Of a stretch of DNA of 64,000 nucleotides, positions 60,293 to 64,000 are shown in pieces. The DNA lies in assembly GCA_963697335.1 (NCBI GenBank), contig CAVONQ010000018.1:192001-256000 (forward strand), in the 5' to 3' direction. Numbering within the stretch: the first letter of the stretch is position 1; every line of letters begins with the position of its first letter. The notes under the pieces were generated by a model. It was not told where the DNA came from and ran no database searches. It worked only from the letters and a program-made list of their open reading frames with translations. The position numbers and the translations under genes are program-made. The stretch comes from an uncultured cyanobacterium. GTDB taxonomy: Bacteria; Cyanobacteriota; Cyanobacteriia; PCC-6307; Cyanobiaceae.

Positions 60293-61388
60293 AGCGGTCC
60301 CAGCGGAAGTGGCTGAGCAGCTCGGCGGCGTCGGCGTCCGGCGAGCGCCCCAGCAGCTGCTCCCCCACCAGCTCGGCCGTGATCGCGGCCAGCAGCACGC
60401 CGTTGCGGTGGTGGCCGGTGGCCAGCCACAGCCCGGGGATGGGGCTGGGCCCCAGGATCGGCGCCTGGTCGGGGGTGCAGGGGCGGAAGCCCCACCAGCG
60501 CTCCATCGGCGGCCAGTGGCTGGCCTCGGGCAGCAGGGCGGCGATGCCGGCCTCCAGCTGGCGCTGGCCGTCGGGGGTGAGGCCGCCCGCGAAACCCGCC
60601 CGGGGTTCCGAGGTGGCGCCCACCACCAGCAGCCCGTCCTGCCGCGGCACCAGGTAGGTGCCCGGCCCGAAGATCACCCGCTGCAGCGCCTGGCGGGGCC
60701 CCTGCAGGGAGAGCATCTGCCCCTTCACCGGGGCGATCGGCAGCTGGGGCAGCAGCCGGCCGCTCCAGGCGCCGCAGGCCAGCACCGCCCGGCTGCAGCG
60801 CAGCAGCTCCTGGCGGCCGGCAGCACTGCGCCAGGCCACGGCCTCCAGGGCTCCTGAACCGTCGCGCTGCAGGGCCTGCACCTCGCCGCCCTCCTCGAAG
60901 CCCACGCCCCGCTCCACGCAGGCCCGCTCCAGGGCCCGCATCAGGCCGCGGCGGTTGTCGATCTGGCCGTCCTGGGGGAACAGCAGCCCGGCCTGCCAGC
61001 GGGGCCCGAGGCCCGGCACCTGCCGCTCCAGCCCGGCGCGGTCGAGGGCCTCCCCCTGGGCTGCCGTGGGGTAGCGATCGCGCTCAGGGGCCGTGGCGAA
61101 GGGCACCACGATGCCGCAGGGGCGCAGACCGCAGCGCAGGCCGGCGTCGGCCTCGACCCGCGCCACCCAACCGGGAATGGCGGCCAGGGAGCGCTGTCCC
61201 AGGCTGAGCAGGGGCCCTTCCAGGCCTTCGGCGTGGGGCGCCAGCATCCCGGCCGCCACGAAGCCGGCGGCCTCCTGGCGCCGGCGGCTGAGCACCCTCA
61301 CCCGCCCGCCCGCGTGGGCCAGGTGGTGGGCGATGGCCAGGCCCATCAGGCCCCCACCCAGGATCAGTGTTTCGGCGGCTGCGCTCAC
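60270..61388 (-). CDS. thiO: Glycine oxidase ThiO
   Basis: LILGGGLMG FAD-binding motif, AAGMLAP, PVKGQ, YLVPR, GFRP.TPD, GHHRNGVLLA; GTG start at 61388. Confidence 0.93.
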   Translation of the reverse strand: MSAAAETLILGGGLMGLAIAHHLAHAGGRVRVLSRRRQEAAGFVAAGMLAPHAEGLEGPLLSLGQRSLAAIPGWVARVEADAGLRCGLRPCGIVVPFATAPERDRYPTAAQGEALDRAGLERQVPGLGPRWQAGLLFPQDGQIDNRRGLMRALERACVERGVGFEEGGEVQALQRDGSGALEAVAWRSAAGRQELLRCSRAVLACGAWSGRLLPQLPIAPVKGQMLSLQGPRQALQRVIFGPGTYLVPRQDGLLVVGATSEPRAGFAGGLTPDGQRQLEAGIAALLPEASHWPPMERWWGFRPCTPDQAPILGPSPIPGLWLATGHHRNGVLLAAITAELVGEQLLGRSPDADAAELLSHFRWDRFSPAAGC

Positions 61389-61503
61389 AGGCGGGGTCGG
61401 CAGGCCCCAGGCATCCTGCCAAGCGCAGGGCCGGCGGCGGGGGAGCCTGCCAAGGCCCCGGGATCGCTGCAGAGTGGGGGGCCTGGCTTGGAGGGTGGGG
61501 AGC

Positions 61504-62343
61504 GTGCTCAACCGACGAACCCGCGCCCTGATCCTGGTGCTGCCACTGGCGCTGGGGCCTGCCCGGGCGATGCCGCTCACCACCCTGGCCCAGGGCGGCA
61601 GCGGTGACGCGGTGCAGGCCACCGTGCTGCAGATCCTCGACCGGCCCGAACTGTTCATCGAACAGCGCCGCGCCCAGGTCAAGGATGTGGCCCATGAGCC
61701 CGAGACCATCAGCACCCGAAACACCCGCGCCCAGCTCCGGTTTCTCACGGGCGCGGGCGCCCGTGTCAACCGCCAGTCGCGCCTCAAGCTCGGCAGCGGC
61801 TGTCTGCTGCTGGATCAGGGTCAGCTGCTGGTGTCGGGGCGCCAGAACGGCTGCACCCGCTCGATGCGGGTGAGCGTGCGGGGCACCAACTACATCCTGG
61901 AGGCCTTCGAGAACGGCGACACGGCGGTCACCTCCCTGGAGGGTCGCCTGGAACTGGTGCGGCTGCGCAACGGCGAACCCACCGACCAGGCCCCGGTGCT
62001 GCTGGAGAGCGGCCAGCGGCTGCGCCTGCTGCAGGCCCTGGATCTCACCACCGTGATCTCCCTCACCTCACAGGACTACCAGGCCATCCTGGAGGGCCCC
62101 CTGTTCCGTGGTTTCGAGCCACGGCTTCCCGCCCAGGGCGCTCTGGAGGACTACCTCAACGCCAACGTTCCCGGCGTGCGCCTGCCCCGCCCCGAGCCCA
62201 GGGCAGGCGGCGGGCGGCTGCCCTTCTCCTTTGGGTTCGGCTTCGGCTTCGGGGATGGGGGCAGCCGGGGCGGTGAGGGCCCCCGGCCGGGCGGCAACAG
62301 CAATGGTGCCGACCTGCAGGAGTCCTACCCCAACAGCCGCTGA
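61504..62343 (+). CDS. Exported FecR-domain protein 3 (close paralogue of protein 2)
   Basis: Signal-like LILVLPLALGPARA; RVNR.S.L.LGSGC.LL..GQ.LVSG.Q.GCTRS.R.SVRGTNY.LE is shared with protein 2. Confidence 0.85.
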   Translation: MLNRRTRALILVLPLALGPARAMPLTTLAQGGSGDAVQATVLQILDRPELFIEQRRAQVKDVAHEPETISTRNTRAQLRFLTGAGARVNRQSRLKLGSGCLLLDQGQLLVSGRQNGCTRSMRVSVRGTNYILEAFENGDTAVTSLEGRLELVRLRNGEPTDQAPVLLESGQRLRLLQALDLTTVISLTSQDYQAILEGPLFRGFEPRLPAQGALEDYLNANVPGVRLPRPEPRAGGGRLPFSFGFGFGFGDGGSRGGEGPRPGGNSNGADLQESYPNSR

Positions 62344-62402
62344 GCCCGCTTCTGCGGGGGGTTCCATAAGATCGGTCCACGCACTGGCGCTGGAACAACG
62401 CG

Positions 62403-63953
62403 ATGGCAGGCACCGCCCCGACAGCAGCCCCCCTGGCCACACCTCCGGCTCCATCCCAGGACCGCCATACGGCTGCCGCTGAACCTGGAGCCGCGGCCTG
62501 GGAGGCCGTGATCGGCCTGGAGACCCACGTGCAGCTGGGCACCGACAGCAAGATCTTCACCGGCGCCTCCACCACCTATGGCGATGAGCCCAACACCCAC
62601 ATCGACCCCGTGGTGTGTGGCCTGCCGGGTACCCTGCCGGTGCTCAACCAGAAGGTGCTCGAGTATGCGGTGAAGGCCGCCCTGGCCCTGAACCTGCACA
62701 TCGCCGAGCACAGCAAGTTCGACCGCAAGCAGTATTTCTATCCCGATCTGCCCAAGAACTACCAGATCTCCCAGTTCGATGAGCCGATCGCCGAAGACGG
62801 CTGGATCGAGGTGGAGGTGGCCGAGAAGGGCAAGGACACCTACCTGAAGACGATCGGCATTGAACGGCTGCACATGGAGGAGGACGCCGGCAAGCTGGTG
62901 CACGCCGGCAGCGACCGCCTGGCCGGCTCCACCCACTCCCTGGTGGACTACAACCGCGCCGGTGTGGCTCTCGCCGAGATCGTCAGCAAGCCCGATCTGC
63001 GCACCGGCCGTGAGGCGGCGGAATACGCCTCGGAGATCCGCCGCATCATGCGCTATCTGGGCGTGAGCGACGGCAACATGCAGGAGGGCTCCCTGCGCTG
63101 CGATGTGAACATCTCGGTGCGCCGCGGGCCCGAGGCCCCCTTCGGCACGAAGGTGGAGATCAAGAACATGAACTCCTTCTCGGCGATCCAGAAGGCGATC
63201 GACTTCGAGATCCAGCGCCAGATCAAGGCCTACGAAAGCGGCGAGCCGGTGCTGCAGGAAACCCGCCTCTGGGATGAGAGCAAGCAGCTCACCAAGAGCA
63301 TGCGCTCCAAGGAGGGCAGCAGCGATTACCGCTACTTCCCCGATCCCGATCTCGGCCCGATCGAGGTGAGCGCCGAGCAGCGGGAGGGCTGGCGCGCCGA
63401 GCTGCCCGAACTGCCGGCCGCCAAGCGGCACCGCTACGCCGACAGCCTGGGCCTCTCCCAGTACGACGCCCGGGTGCTCACCGATGAGCGTCCCATGGCC
63501 GATTACTTCGAGGCGGTGGTGGCAGCCGGCGCCGACCCGAAGGTCACCGCCAACTGGATCACCGGCGACATCGCCGCCCACGTGAACGCCAACCGCCTCG
63601 CCTATGGGGAGCTGCCGCTGCGCCCCGAGCAGCTGGCCGAGATGGTGCAGCTGATCGAGAACGGCACGATCAGCGGCAAGATCGCCAAAGACCTCCTGCC
63701 CGAGCTGCTGGAGCAGGGCGGTTCCGTGAAGGCCATCGTGGCCGAACGCGGCCTGGGCATGATCTCCGACCCGGCGGCGATCAGCGCCATCGTGGAGGAG
63801 CTGCTGGCGGCCCATCCGGCCGAAGTGGAAGCTTTTCGCGGCGGCAAGACAAAACTTCAGGGCTTTTTCGTGGGGCAGCTGATGAAGAAGACCGGCGGCA
63901 AGGCCGATCCGAAGCTCGCCAACCGGATCCTCACCGAGAAGCTGAAGGGCTGA
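62403..63953 (+). CDS. gatB: Asp-tRNA(Asn)/Glu-tRNA(Gln) amidotransferase subunit B
   Basis: VIGLETHVQL, FDRKQYFYPDLPK, HMEEDAGK, LRCDVNIS, DYRYFPDPD. Confidence 0.99.
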   Translation: MAGTAPTAAPLATPPAPSQDRHTAAAEPGAAAWEAVIGLETHVQLGTDSKIFTGASTTYGDEPNTHIDPVVCGLPGTLPVLNQKVLEYAVKAALALNLHIAEHSKFDRKQYFYPDLPKNYQISQFDEPIAEDGWIEVEVAEKGKDTYLKTIGIERLHMEEDAGKLVHAGSDRLAGSTHSLVDYNRAGVALAEIVSKPDLRTGREAAEYASEIRRIMRYLGVSDGNMQEGSLRCDVNISVRRGPEAPFGTKVEIKNMNSFSAIQKAIDFEIQRQIKAYESGEPVLQETRLWDESKQLTKSMRSKEGSSDYRYFPDPDLGPIEVSAEQREGWRAELPELPAAKRHRYADSLGLSQYDARVLTDERPMADYFEAVVAAGADPKVTANWITGDIAAHVNANRLAYGELPLRPEQLAEMVQLIENGTISGKIAKDLLPELLEQGGSVKAIVAERGLGMISDPAAISAIVEELLAAHPAEVEAFRGGKTKLQGFFVGQLMKKTGGKADPKLANRILTEKLKG

Positions 63954-64000
63954 GCCGATGGCCGAGGCCAAGCATCCCGGCCCAACGGCACAAGCTCGTC

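Noticed and set aside
63958..64000. Possible gene start (ATG at 63958) after gatB
   Set aside because: Only 14 codons are visible, too few to support a call.

Overview
High-GC (~70%) chromosomal segment of a picocyanobacterium; gene content and order suggest Cyanobium/Synechococcus. The housekeeping backbone is ligA, ubiC-like, mnmG, dnaB, rplI, two desC, gcvH/gcvP, flv1/flv3, SWIM-SNF2, alaS, speA, ndk, thiO and gatB. Accessory genes interrupt it in four places. (i) A large choice-of-anchor-I + PhoX-like fusion protein. (ii) A cell-surface glycan block between mnmG and dnaB with a low-GC core (GT8, 2OG-Fe(II) oxygenase, pyruvyl transferase) and an RgtA-like GT39. (iii) frmA/fghA formaldehyde detoxification genes. 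(iv) The most notable: a duplicated 'stand-alone exported FecR-domain protein + CHASE2 adenylate cyclase' module with a third orphan FecR paralogue, lying near two membrane proteins with intact cNMP-binding domains (an MscS channel and a NapH/NosR-like Fe-S protein). This may be a periplasm-sensing cAMP circuit. A structured ncRNA candidate lies at about 9244-9378, and alaS carries a +1 frameshift near 47775. No rRNA, tRNA, CRISPR array, integrase or transposase was recognised. All calls come from reading motifs by eye; no searches were run.
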